DNA of 63,982 nucleotides, filler included, from a bacterium (GTDB lineage Bacteria; UBA9089; CG2-30-40-21; SBAY01): NCBI GenBank assembly GCA_040757115.1. It is 9 parts of 9 records of this genome, joined end to end, with 100 filler letters (N's around TTAATTAATTAA, not from the genome) between each part and the next. Parts side by side here need not be neighbours in the genome. Positions count along the whole stretch, not along the records: positions 45,176 to 52,482 come from JBFLYA010000189.1; positions 52,583 to 59,886 come from JBFLYA010000190.1; positions 59,987 to 63,982 come from JBFLYA010000307.1; 6 more parts are not named here. One strand, 5' to 3'. Shown piece by piece: positions 52,192 to 62,464 of this stretch (position 1 is its first letter; each line of letters starts with the position of its first letter). The notes under the pieces were generated by a model. It saw only the letters and a program-made list of their open reading frames with translations, ran no database searches and was not told where the DNA came from. The position numbers and the translations under genes were made by a program.

Positions 52192-52482
52192 CCGTTCAGA
52201 TAGTAATTCACCGCAGAGACGCAGCCGTTCACCGCAGAGACACAGAGACGCAGAGAAAAAATTAAAATCTATTCACCAGAGACAGAAATTTCCTTTTTTT
52301 GTGCATTTCGGGTCTTTCGTTGTTTATTAATCTTTTAATACTTACTTTTGACTAACTATTTTTGTAACCGTTCAGGCTATATATCAAAAGTGTAAGAAAG
52401 GGGATAAGGAGATAAGAGTGATATGGAGATAAGATAATAGAAATAGATTGAAATTTATAGAAATAGGTAGAAATTGATTGTG
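52188..52482 (+). mobile_element. Clustered MITE family B ends and a partial family A copy (from 52364)
   Basis: GTAACCGTTCA ends; matches 39946 and 14871. Confidence 0.8.
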
Positions 52483-52582
52483 NNNNNNNNNNNNNNNNNN
52501 NNNNNNNNNNNNNNNNNNNNNNNNNNTTAATTAATTAANNNNNNNNNNNNNNNNNNNNNNNNNNNNNNNNNNNNNNNNNNNN

Positions 52583-52709
52583 CATCCCCTGTTCAATTAC
52601 CATTTTAATAACTTCAGCCTTAAGTTCTGGACTGTAACTGTGGTTCTGTTTCATCTCTTCATTCCTGCCATACTCAAGCAACTCTGTCCATAGATATCAG
52701 TATAGCCCA
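52583..52709 (-). mobile_element. IS3-family left end with start of OrfA (52654)
   Basis: TG...TGGACA-type end; MKQNHSYSPELKAEVIKMVIEQG. Confidence 0.65.
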
Positions 52710-52988
52710 ATGGTGAGGGATACCAGCGGGGAATTAAAGGCCCTGGTCGAAAGTTTTGTGGCTGAGACTGACCCGGATGTCCGCAACAGCTTAATGGAGC
52801 GGATTCTCTTCAAGTGGACAGGAAGTGACGGAATTGACCCAAATAGCAGGGGCAGTAACATAGACGCCAGAAGGCTGGCAGTATTGGAAAAATTCTTCGG
52901 CCAAGCATTCGTATTTCAATACGGAACTAACCCTATTGCAGAAGCGGCATATCGGGGAAATAATCTTTCAATGCGGAGGGCGGCATGA
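52710..52988 (+). pseudogene. Fragment of an RTX/FrpC-like protein, region downstream of the self-processing module
   Basis: MVRD.SG continues the sequence where cassettes 1 and 3 stop; ILFKWTG..SRG..IDARRL..LEKFFG. Confidence 0.65.
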
Positions 52989-53404
52989 TTAAAACGCAAA
53001 AAAGAACTCCTTCAATTGCTGTTGTTTTACTTGTAGTCGCGGTCATTGCGGTCTCAGCCTGCAAACCGACTCACCCAAACATAGGTGGTTTCGCACGTGA
53101 CTTGGCAAAGGAGATATATGTGCGTGTATGTCCGGCGAAGTATGTTCCGGGTGAACGGTGCGGCAATAGAGATGTTCGAGTTGAAGATGACTCAGGACGA
53201 ACTGTTTACATCAATGTGTATGGTGTAGTTGATAAGGACGAGATTCGCTCACTTGTTGACTTTGCCGCTGCTTTTCGCGGTGAGGAATACAAGGCAATCC
53301 CCATTGTAATGACATTTTATGCTGAATTGAGAGAAGTTAATACTCTAAAGGCCTTGATAGGACCCAAGGTTATTTATAAAATCAAATTAAGAGGAGGAAA
53401 GTAA
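52985..53404 (+). CDS. Putative lipoprotein (partner 1)
   Basis: Hydrophobic signal with VSAC lipobox; ends 1 nt before cassette 1. Confidence 0.7.
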   Translation: MIKTQKRTPSIAVVLLVVAVIAVSACKPTHPNIGGFARDLAKEIYVRVCPAKYVPGERCGNRDVRVEDDSGRTVYINVYGVVDKDEIRSLVDFAAAFRGEEYKAIPIVMTFYAELREVNTLKALIGPKVIYKIKLRGGK

Positions 53405-53405
53405 G

Positions 53406-54512
53406 ATGCCGACAATTGAGTTTCGTATCGATGTCTTGGGGACGGATGGAATACCGCATAGTTTTATTTTTATTGATAATGGCGCAGGGGATAAGCGCAA
53501 CTATGGATTTGGACCAAAAGAAGAAGGTTCATTGTGGGGACCCGGTGTAATTAGTGATAAAGCTCACGAATATCAATACAGTTATGGCCCGATTGAGGTT
53601 ACTCCTGAGCAATATAATAGAATGGTCGAATATATCACTGAGAGCATAAATAATCCGCCCTATTACAGTTTTTTGCCAGCCAGTATTCTTGATAACGGTG
53701 TAACTCAATGTTCGCAGTGGGTAAATGCTGTTGCTAAGGCAGGTGGTGTTGACTGGGGAGGATTTACTTGGAACCCTTATGGCCATGCAATGTATATAAG
53801 TTTAAGAAAAATTTTTGATTGGGTTAAGCACCAATTCACCGCTGCTGCTCCTCTCTCTAACGCCAGCCCTATCATATTGGATTTAGATGGTGATGGGGTA
53901 GAGACAACCAATGTCAAAGGTAGGGCCTATTTTGACCATGATGGGAATGGGTTTGCTGAACAGACGGGGTGGGCTGCCCCTGATGATGGGATTCTGGTCT
54001 TTGACCGTAACGAAGATGGGATCATCAATGATGGTAAAGAGCTTTTTGGAAGCCAAACCATCCTGGAAGACGGGACCACGGCGGCTAACGGTTTTCAGGC
54101 ATTGGCTGATCTGGATGACAATTTGGATGGTAAGATAGATGCCGGTGATGCGGCTTGGACCAGCCTGAAGATATGGCAGGATGTGGATGGAGACGGGTTG
54201 AGCGCTGCTACTGAGTTCCATACCCTTGATGAACTCGGCATTCAGTCTATCAATACAGGTTACGTCGATTCCACTTTTATAGATGCTCAAGGTAATGAAC
54301 ATTGGCAGGTAGGCAGTTTTACCAAGACAGACGGTACCACCGGAACGGCAACAGATGTCTGGTTCCAGTCGGATAAGGCCTACACCATTGCCACGGAATG
54401 GCTGGATGTGCCGCCGGAGATAGCTGTGCTACCAGACTTGCAGGGCTATGGCAATGTCTATGACCTGCACCAAGCCATGGTCAGGGATGCGAGCGGGGTG
54501 GCATATGCATAG
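53406..54512 (+). CDS. Cassette 1: papain-like (His...Cys) N-terminal domain plus FrpC-type self-processing module
   Basis: [29 protein letters not shown]...ELFG...WQD.DGDG...ATDVWF. Confidence 0.75.
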   Translation: MPTIEFRIDVLGTDGIPHSFIFIDNGAGDKRNYGFGPKEEGSLWGPGVISDKAHEYQYSYGPIEVTPEQYNRMVEYITESINNPPYYSFLPASILDNGVTQCSQWVNAVAKAGGVDWGGFTWNPYGHAMYISLRKIFDWVKHQFTAAAPLSNASPIILDLDGDGVETTNVKGRAYFDHDGNGFAEQTGWAAPDDGILVFDRNEDGIINDGKELFGSQTILEDGTTAANGFQALADLDDNLDGKIDAGDAAWTSLKIWQDVDGDGLSAATEFHTLDELGIQSINTGYVDSTFIDAQGNEHWQVGSFTKTDGTTGTATDVWFQSDKAYTIATEWLDVPPEIAVLPDLQGYGNVYDLHQAMVRDASGVAYA

Positions 54513-55488
54513 GAAAGAGAACATCAGTATCATTTCTTTTGTAAAAATATTTTATTTATCACTCGCTATTTGTCTATTCATTTCCTTAACATTAATTGTT
54601 ATCCCTGCGTATTCCGGCGAGTTCAAGCTGATAAAGGTTAATTCTCATTATGAACCTGAAATATCAGAAGGTATTATACTACCGGGGACAAATACAAAGG
54701 CTGGCGTATTTACATATGTTATAGATGAAGTCAAAGCAGATGAGACATCGAAAGCAGGTTTTCTTATTAAGGATAAAATTTATTATGTTGAGTCTGACAG
54801 ATATGCCCATATACAACCCAAAAATTGGTTAGAGTACACGGGCACATTTGATCCCGGTGGAGATCCCAATTTCGGTATTTTTGAAGATTATTTTGTAATG
54901 GATGCCTACAGCATTGGAGCCAGTCATAACCGCAAAATGTTTCTTTTCAGATTCAACGAAGACACTGTGCAATTGTTAGATGTAATTGTAGAAGCATATG
55001 TGAATAATATTGAGATGGATTTTATATCTGCATATGAAGAAACTGATAAAGTTGCACCTATAGGAAAAATTCCACATCTCTTCAAAGACACTTGTGTTTC
55101 ATGGATTAATATTAAAGATGTTGATAGGGACGGCAATCCCGAGTTTAAAGTTGTAATTCGTGAAAAGAGATTTGAGCTTTATTTTGAAATAGCTAACGAC
55201 CGATTGCAGGTAGACTTCAATCCGGACCTGTATGCCCCCCTGTTTGAGCGTGAGAAGCTTAAAAAAACAAAAAGAAAATCTGACGCATATTATATTTACG
55301 GGTTCCTAGCCAACGAGTTGGACTTAAAAAAGATAAAAGCTATGATGGAGGGAACGTGTAAAAAACCATATGAACAATATGGAAGGGTGGTAGCCCTTCT
55401 TGAAGGACATAAAGAATGGGATTCTGCTTTTCATAACTATCTCGGCGAAAATCCTATATTAAAACAATGTAACCTAAAAAGAAGGTAA
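54505..55488 (+). CDS. Exported protein (partner 2)
   Basis: Signal peptide ending PAYS; one DVDRDG.PE loop. Confidence 0.7.
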   Translation: MHRKENISIISFVKIFYLSLAICLFISLTLIVIPAYSGEFKLIKVNSHYEPEISEGIILPGTNTKAGVFTYVIDEVKADETSKAGFLIKDKIYYVESDRYAHIQPKNWLEYTGTFDPGGDPNFGIFEDYFVMDAYSIGASHNRKMFLFRFNEDTVQLLDVIVEAYVNNIEMDFISAYEETDKVAPIGKIPHLFKDTCVSWINIKDVDRDGNPEFKVVIREKRFELYFEIANDRLQVDFNPDLYAPLFEREKLKKTKRKSDAYYIYGFLANELDLKKIKAMMEGTCKKPYEQYGRVVALLEGHKEWDSAFHNYLGENPILKQCNLKRR

Positions 55489-55493
55489 GTATC

Positions 55494-56434
55494 ATGGCAT
55501 CTATTTGGGACATTATCAAAATTAAAAGCATTGCGGGAGTTGAAAAGGTTACAGAAGAGCAAAAGAATTTAATAATTTCTGATGCTGTATCTAATTGTCG
55601 CAGCAGCAGATTGCTTATGGAATAGCAGCAATTGGGATTGAGTCTGCTTTTAATCCTGACGCAGAATCTCCTACAGGCCCTTACGGATTGGGTCAATTTT
55701 CCACGGACACCTGGAATGAGGCAGTAGCCTATTATAATAGTAATTATGGGGGCAATCTTGATCCTGCTCAAAGCAGGGATGATGTCTCTGCTCAAATAGC
55801 GGTCATGGGAGCATGGACGAGCAAAATCTGAACGAAGGCCCAAAGTTATGCAAATAACCCGATTTTTAAGGGGTATAGTGTTGAGGAAATAGCCTATGCA
55901 TTACATCATGAGAGTTATTATTCCAGTGAAGAAAAAGTAAAAAGATTCCTTAAATCTCCCACATATAATAATTCCAATATCAAAGGTTATTTCACCACTA
56001 CTTATCTAAATGCAAACAATATTCTTGGTGGTTATTACACTGAAAATGATTATTTTAGTACATCTCAAGCCTCACTTTTAGACGGAACTTTCGATCCTAA
56101 GCACCAACTCTACACCACCGCTGCTCCTCTCTCTAACGCCAGCCCCATCATATTGGATTTAGATGGAGATGGGGTGGAGACGACCCATGTCAAGGATGGG
56201 GCCTATTTTGACCATGACGGCAATGGGTTTGCTGAACAGACAGGGTGGGCAGGGACTGATGATGGAATACTTGTAAGGGACATAAATGGAAATGGCGCTA
56301 TAGATGACGGCAAAGAGTTATTTGGAGATCAAACCTTATTGGGTGATGGCACGAGGGCCAGTAACGGCTTTCAAGCATTAGCAGAGTTAGATGACAATCT
56401 GGATGGTAAGATAGATGCCGGTGATGCGGCATAG
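55494..56434 (+). pseudogene. Cassette 2: lytic transglycosylase-like domain plus partial self-processing module, disrupted
   Basis: IESAFNPDAESPTGPYGLGQF; frameshift near 55593; in-frame TGA at 55829; the same frame continues to [11 protein letters not shown]. Confidence 0.75.
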
Positions 56435-56600
56435 GCAGTTAGAAGTATTAGCCGCGAATAAGACTTACGTTCGGAAATTTTTATTGACGAGATAGAATCA
56501 GGATAGATATCTCTTTCGATCTATTATATACTCGCGCATTCCGACGGTGAAACAGGAGATGGCAGAGGGTAAGAGTGCGGAATTGTAGGAGTAAAGGAGG
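56423..56600 (+). repeat. Inter-cassette direct repeat, copy 1
   Basis: Similar to 58994..59171; ends in AAGGAGG RBS. Confidence 0.85.
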
Positions 56601-56607
56601 CGATGGA

Positions 56608-57765
56608 ATGAGAGATGTTTTGCAAAAAAGCAAGAATAGACTTATAGCAATTCTTTTATTAAGTATAATTATCCTGTGTGTAAATTTTAATAGTTATGCT
56701 GATGAAAAACAGATTTCTAATGACCAAGAACAGAATAAAGAAATTTTTATTGGGAGATTTGAAGATTATATTTTTGCTCAGTGGTGTGGGAATAATGCCC
56801 TTGTAGTTAGTGGACGTAAAATTGGTATAGAGTGGATTGATATTCTAAGCAAAAAAACAATAAAAATAAGTTCACCTGTGATTGTCCCTCCACGTGAGCT
56901 GTGGCAGAAAGGCTGTTCATATGGCAATGACTATCCCCTAAACTGCACATCAGATGGAAGATGGGTTATATATGCAGATAGAAAGAGTTCACGGATTGAT
57001 AAGGGTTATAAGCCTCCTAACGATAGTGACGAGCCAGAAGACTGGGATGGGGGAGTGATTGATTTATATCGGTATGATGTAACTACAGGCAAAACTCAGA
57101 GGTTCGCAGTAGTAAGGGCTTTAGGACCATTTGAGGCAGTGTCACCGGATGGAACAAAGGTTTTTCTTGGAGGCAAACATAACTCATCAATAGAGATGCC
57201 TGAACCTAAATGGGATGTTGTGTACTTTAAAAATTATGATTGGGTTCAATCCGGGGCTCTATGGTTTTTAGATTCCTCGGGGATTGTAATGGGTCAGAAT
57301 GATCCAAAAAGTGTAGAGGTTGAGTTTTTTGGCAAAAATGGGTGGGCTAAGAGGTTTGAATTGAAACAATTTGAATATGAACCTTTTTCACTTGCTGTAG
57401 ATAAAGCAAACAGGATTTACTTTGATGGAGTGGAAAAAGGTAAAAAGAAAATAGCCCTCTATCGTTGCAGCATCAAAAATAAGAACTTGTCTTGCGAAAA
57501 GGTACTTGAGCAAGTTGGTAATTATAAGGTATTGCCTAATGGAGATATTATTATCACAGAAACAAAAGACTGTATAAAGTATATCACTTTGGGGCAAGGC
57601 GATGGGAAATGTATAGCAGAGAAAGGGGATGCAACTCTTATCGGCATTAGAGGGATTTCGCCGGATGGGAAATGGTTGGCATTTGTGCGAGAGAAAAAAA
57701 TACCAAAGGGCACTTTCTTTGAAAAAGAAAGCAACTTATATATTCTTAAACTTACAAACCAATAA
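56608..57765 (+). CDS. Exported beta-propeller-like protein (partner 3)
   Basis: Signal ending SYA; SDGRWV, SPDGTKV, SPDGKWL TolB-like repeats. Confidence 0.7.
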   Translation: MRDVLQKSKNRLIAILLLSIIILCVNFNSYADEKQISNDQEQNKEIFIGRFEDYIFAQWCGNNALVVSGRKIGIEWIDILSKKTIKISSPVIVPPRELWQKGCSYGNDYPLNCTSDGRWVIYADRKSSRIDKGYKPPNDSDEPEDWDGGVIDLYRYDVTTGKTQRFAVVRALGPFEAVSPDGTKVFLGGKHNSSIEMPEPKWDVVYFKNYDWVQSGALWFLDSSGIVMGQNDPKSVEVEFFGKNGWAKRFELKQFEYEPFSLAVDKANRIYFDGVEKGKKKIALYRCSIKNKNLSCEKVLEQVGNYKVLPNGDIIITETKDCIKYITLGQGDGKCIAEKGDATLIGIRGISPDGKWLAFVREKKIPKGTFFEKESNLYILKLTNQ

Positions 57766-57780
57766 AGGAGGTAAAAAGCC

Positions 57781-59014
57781 GTGGATTTTTATGCACCCAT
57801 TAGTGGTCAAGTGACAATAACCAGTTTTTATGGGCCGAGGGGATGTTCGTAAGGGTAGTAAATTTCATAGAGGCATTGATTTAGTGCCAAAAGAAGGGCA
57901 GGCGCTAGGGACGTCAGTAGTTGCTTCGGCTCAAGGGGAAGTTGTTAGTGTTATTACTAATAATGCAACATATGGGAATATGGTTGTGATAAAACACGCA
58001 GTAGAAACAATAGATGGAAGAACATATTACTATTATAGTTTATATGCGCATTTACAAGATAACTCCATCAATGTTCAGATAGGGCAACAAATAGCAGCGG
58101 GTGAGCAACTTGGTACAATTGGCAATACTGGGACTTCATTAGGCCCGCATCTTCATTTTGAAATAATAAAGTCAGAAACTGATCTGCAATGGAATTCTGG
58201 AGATGGTGTGAATACTAACGTAAGCGGATCAGAAGGCAGAATAAATCCCACTGAATTTCTAAACTATTATAACGATGCTTGTTGGATTGACTCTCGTAAT
58301 CTCGGTATCTTTTTTGAGAATAAATTTGAACTTTCAAAGCAAGAATTCACCACCATTGCTGCTACACCAGTCTCCCCCATTGTTCTGGATTTGGATGGGG
58401 ATGGGGTGGAGACGACCGCTGTGGGAGAGGGGGCCTATTTTGACCAGGACGGCAATGGGTTTGCTGAACAGACAGGCTGGGCAGGGGCTGATGATGGAAT
58501 ACTTGTAAGGGACATAAATGGAAATGGCGCCATAGATGACGGCAAAGAGTTATTCGGTGATCAAACCTTATTGGGTGATGGCACTAGGGCCAGTAACGGT
58601 TTTCAGGCATTGGCTGATCTGGATGATAATTTAGATGGTAAGATAGATGCCGGTGATGCCGCTTGGGCCAGCCTGAAGATATGGCAGGATGTGGATGGAG
58701 ATGGTTTTAGCGCTGCTGATGAGTTCCACAGCCTGGATGAACTCGGAGTTCAGTCTATCAATACAGGTTACGTCGATTCCACTTTTATAGATGCCCAGGG
58801 TAATGAACATCGTCAGGTGGGCAGTTTCACCAAGACAGACGGGACAATAGGAACGGCAACAGATGTCTGGTTCCAGTCGGATAAGGCCTACACCATCGCC
58901 ACGGAATGGCTGGATGTGCCGGAGGATATTGCTGCCCTACCTGATTTGCAGGGCTACGGCAATGTCTATGACCTGCACCAAGTCATGGTCAGGGATGCGA
59001 GGATAGGCCGTTAG
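57781..59014 (+). pseudogene. Cassette 3: M23 peptidase plus self-processing module; +1 frameshift near the 5' end
   Basis: GTG start after GGAGG gives MDFYAPISGQVTITSFYGPR; extra G in GGGG at 57839..57842; HRGID, YAHL, HLHFE; SPIVLDLDGDG. Confidence 0.8.
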
Positions 59015-59171
59015 GTATTAGCCGAGAATAAGACCGACGGTCGGAAATTTTTGCCGACGAGATAGAAATCAGGATAGACATCTCTTTTGACCTATTATAT
59101 ACTCGCCAAATTCCGACGGTGAAACAGGAGATGGCAGAAGACAAGAGTGCGGAACTGTAAGGTGAAGGAGG
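58994..59171 (+). repeat. Inter-cassette direct repeat, copy 2
   Basis: Similar to 56423..56600. Confidence 0.85.
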
Positions 59172-59175
59172 TAGC

Positions 59176-59748
59176 GTGACCGAAGTAAAAGCAGAAGACA
59201 TAACTAACCTGAATATTAATACGAATTCAGAAGACCCTTTGTTTGTGTTGAGATATCAAGGGTGGAGGATTGCCTGGAGGTTATTTTGGCCTTATTCAAT
59301 TGGCTTGCCGCTGTTTTTTACGGGTGCATTTTATTGGTCTGATAATTTCACAGGGTTTAAATTCTGGTTTGTAAAGATAGTTAGTATCACTGTTGTTTTT
59401 GGTTCACCTTTAATAATTATTGAGATGCTGATGACCCAACGGATTGAACTTTATAAAGACAGAATAGTCAAGGTGTGGAGGTTTGGGTTGAGGAGAGAAG
59501 TGAAGCTCAACGAAGCAATTATATGTGGGTCATCTAGTTGGCTTATGAGCCAGATATGGATAGCAAGAGGAGATATACCCAAGTTTCTTTCGGGCTTAAA
59601 AGGAGGGTTCTTCTATGATGAACACTTAGCAAACCCTAAAATGGTGAAAAGGTTTCATGCAACATTGTCACAGATGGCTGGTAGAAATATAGGGGAATCC
59701 TTTAATAAATTTTTCCATACTGACAAGATAATCCTTAAAAAGGAGTAA
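59176..59748 (+). CDS. Two-TM membrane protein (partner 4)
   Basis: GTG start after AAGGAGG; two hydrophobic segments. Confidence 0.65.
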   Translation: MTEVKAEDITNLNINTNSEDPLFVLRYQGWRIAWRLFWPYSIGLPLFFTGAFYWSDNFTGFKFWFVKIVSITVVFGSPLIIIEMLMTQRIELYKDRIVKVWRFGLRREVKLNEAIICGSSSWLMSQIWIARGDIPKFLSGLKGGFFYDEHLANPKMVKRFHATLSQMAGRNIGESFNKFFHTDKIILKKE

Positions 59749-59824
59749 ATGTAAATAAATAAATGGGGACGTTCGTGCAGAACGTGCTTGACAAGCTGAG
59801 TGGGTTTGTGAGATATAGGAACAC

Positions 59825-59886
59825 ATGCCAAGATTAGCGAGACTGGATGCGCCCGGAGTTCTGCACCATGTTATCGGGCGGGGTAT
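59825..59886 (+). mobile_element. Start of a Y1/RAYT-type tyrosine transposase (contig end)
   Basis: MPRLARLDAPGVLHHVIGRG. Confidence 0.7.
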
Positions 59887-59986
59887 NNNNNNNNNNNNNN
59901 NNNNNNNNNNNNNNNNNNNNNNNNNNNNNNTTAATTAATTAANNNNNNNNNNNNNNNNNNNNNNNNNNNNNNNNNNNNNNNNNNNN

Positions 59987-60310
59987 CAGAGGCAGGTTGT
60001 CCCCCGCTGGCGGGGGATTAAGGGGGTGGAAATCTCTTCCACTGGCAGAGAATCAAGAAGGATAGAAAATAAAAGTTAGAAGGAGAAACGCTCATGAACC
60101 GTTGGTTCACAAATGAGGATGAAAATAGGTTTGATGGTTCAGGTGAAATCAGGCTGAAGCCTGCGGCTGCCAGCCTTCCCGAGTCCCGAACCCCGAGTCC
60201 CGAGTCCCGATTTTCAGAAGAACCCTTCAACCTGATTACGGACACGGAAAACGGACACGATTTTGAATTTTCAGTGTTTCATCCGTGTCCATCTGTGGCT
60301 GAATAGTTAC
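59987..60310. repeat. Mosaic repeat (GC hairpin, 52-bp unit, CCCGAGT heptamers, MITE end)
   Basis: Matches 7756..7980 and the reverse of 35419..35495. Confidence 0.8.
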
Positions 60311-60319
60311 AAAAATGAA

Positions 60320-62296
60320 ATGTCAAGATTTGAATTAATTGCCCCATTTAAACCCTGTGGTGACCAGCCAAAGGCAATTGCTCAATTAACCGCAGGAATT
60401 AGCAAAGACTTTAGATACCAGACACTTTTGGGAGTGACCGGCTCGGGGAAAACATTTACTGTGGCTAATGTCATTGCCCAGATTAATAAGCCAACTTTAG
60501 TCATCTCGCATAATAAAACCTTAGCCGCTCAACTCTATTATGAGTTAAAAGGTTTTTTCCCACACAATAGCGTGGAATATTTCGTGAGTTACTATGACTA
60601 CTACCAGCCTGAGGCTTACCTTCCGGCTACCGATACCTATATTGAGAAGGATTCCTCGATTAATGAAGAATTAGATAGATTACGGCTGGCGGCTACCTGT
60701 TCACTAATTACCAGACAGGATGTCATCATCGTTGCCTCGGTCTCCTGTATCTATAATATTGGCTCACCACAAGAATATAAAGATGCCTATCTTTTCCTCG
60801 AAACAGGGGAGAACTTCCCAAGAAATGAAATTCTTAAACGATTAGTTGAGATTCACTACGAGCGAAATGATATAGACTTTTCAAGAGGGAAATTCAGGGT
60901 TAGAGGGGATACCATTGAAGTTTTCCCATCCTATTATGAAGATACTGCTTACCGAATTGAGTTATTTGGCGATGAGGTCGAAAAAATCTGTGAGATTAAT
61001 CCTTTGACCGGTAAAATAACATCAGTTTCAAATCGGCTTCTTGTTTATCCGGCAAAGCATTTTGTAACGACACAAAGCCGTTTGGAACGAGCATTACTTT
61101 CAATTGAAATGGAATTGGATGAAAGGGTAACTCATCTGAGAGGGCAAAATAAATTATTAGAAGCTCAGCGATTAGAATCTCGGACTAAATATGATATGGA
61201 GATTATGCGGGAGATAGGGACATGCCACGGCATAGAGAATTATTCAAGGCATTTTGATGGCAGACGACCAGGAGAGCGACCATGGACACTGATTGATTAT
61301 TTCCCAAAAGATTTTCTTCTCATTATTGATGAGTCCCATGTTACTTTGCCCCAATTGAAAGGTATGTATGAAGGGGATAGGTCAAGAAAGCAAAGTCTTG
61401 TAGATTATGGTTTCCGTCTCCCATCGGCTTATGATAATCGACCTTTAAAACTTGCTGAATTTGAAAGGTTGATGCCACAAACAATATTCGTTTCGGCTAC
61501 ACCTGGAGATTATGAACTAAAAGTAAGTAGTCAAATCGTAGAATTAATCATTAGACCAACAGGGTTAGTTGACCCAAAACTCGATGTCCGAAAGGTTGAA
61601 GGTCAAATAGATAATTTAATCCGTGAGATTAGGGCTCGGGTAGCAAATAAAGAGCGGATTTTAGTTACAACCCTGACCAAGCGAATGGCAGAAGACCTGG
61701 CGGAATACCTTTCTAAAATGGATATTAAGGTTAGATACCTGCATTCTGAAATCCAGACATTAGACCGTGTTGAGATTTTACGGGATTTGCGGCTGGGCGA
61801 ATTTGATGTTTTGGTAGGGATAAATCTTTTACGAGAAGGATTAGATTTGCCTGAGGTATCACTGGTTGCGGTTTTAGATGCAGATAAGGAAGGATACCTG
61901 CGCTCCGAGCGGTCTTTGATTCAGGTATTTGGTCGCACCGCAAGACATATCAATGGTCAGGTGATTATGTATGGAAATACGATTACCGGCTCAATGAAAA
62001 GGGCAATTGATGAAACCAATCGAAGAAGAAAGATTCAAATGGAATATAACCAAACTTATGGTATTACTCCTCAAACTATTCAAAAGGCGATTGCTGAATC
62101 TCTTGTAACCACACCCAAAGAACCCAAATCCCTGAAAGATGCAAGAGTAAAATATAAAATAAAAGGCGATATTTCATCAATTGTTAAGGAATTAGAGAGG
62201 CAGATGTATGAGGCGGCGGACAATTTAGAATATGAAAAAGCCGCAGTCTTGCGAGATGAGATATATGAATTGAAAAATCAGTTATACACATCTTAG
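60320..62296 (+). CDS. uvrB: Excinuclease ABC subunit B
   Basis: [23 protein letters not shown]-terminal UVR coil; start moved out of the repeat. Confidence 0.98.
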   Translation: MSRFELIAPFKPCGDQPKAIAQLTAGISKDFRYQTLLGVTGSGKTFTVANVIAQINKPTLVISHNKTLAAQLYYELKGFFPHNSVEYFVSYYDYYQPEAYLPATDTYIEKDSSINEELDRLRLAATCSLITRQDVIIVASVSCIYNIGSPQEYKDAYLFLETGENFPRNEILKRLVEIHYERNDIDFSRGKFRVRGDTIEVFPSYYEDTAYRIELFGDEVEKICEINPLTGKITSVSNRLLVYPAKHFVTTQSRLERALLSIEMELDERVTHLRGQNKLLEAQRLESRTKYDMEIMREIGTCHGIENYSRHFDGRRPGERPWTLIDYFPKDFLLIIDESHVTLPQLKGMYEGDRSRKQSLVDYGFRLPSAYDNRPLKLAEFERLMPQTIFVSATPGDYELKVSSQIVELIIRPTGLVDPKLDVRKVEGQIDNLIREIRARVANKERILVTTLTKRMAEDLAEYLSKMDIKVRYLHSEIQTLDRVEILRDLRLGEFDVLVGINLLREGLDLPEVSLVAVLDADKEGYLRSERSLIQVFGRTARHINGQVIMYGNTITGSMKRAIDETNRRRKIQMEYNQTYGITPQTIQKAIAESLVTTPKEPKSLKDARVKYKIKGDISSIVKELERQMYEAADNLEYEKAAVLRDEIYELKNQLYTS

Positions 62297-62304
62297 AAGT
62301 AGCG

Positions 62305-62464
62305 TAACCGTTCACCGCAGAGACGCAGAGAAAAACACATCCCTAACCCCTCTCAAGAGGGGAATACAACCCCCTAACCCCCTTTGTTAAGGGGGAATAA
62401 ACTTGCTTTTCATCGGTTCCTTGGTCTATGGTCTATGGTCTGTAGTCTATGGTCTATGGTCTAT
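62305..62464. repeat. MITE end, two GC hairpins and (GGTCTAT)n between convergent uvrB and gatB
   Basis: GTAACCGTTCACCGCAGAG; CCCCTCTCAAGAGGGG; CCCCCTTTGTTAAGGGGG. Confidence 0.75.

Noticed and set aside
52700-52730. Site-specific recombination site at MVRD, since this fragment starts where cassettes 1 and 3 end
   Set aside because: An IS3-like end abuts 52709 and explains the start; the coincidence alone is not evidence
55829-55831. TGA recoding (genetic code 4/25 or selenocysteine)
   Set aside because: TGA serves as a normal stop in other genes here, and the same cassette also has a frameshift
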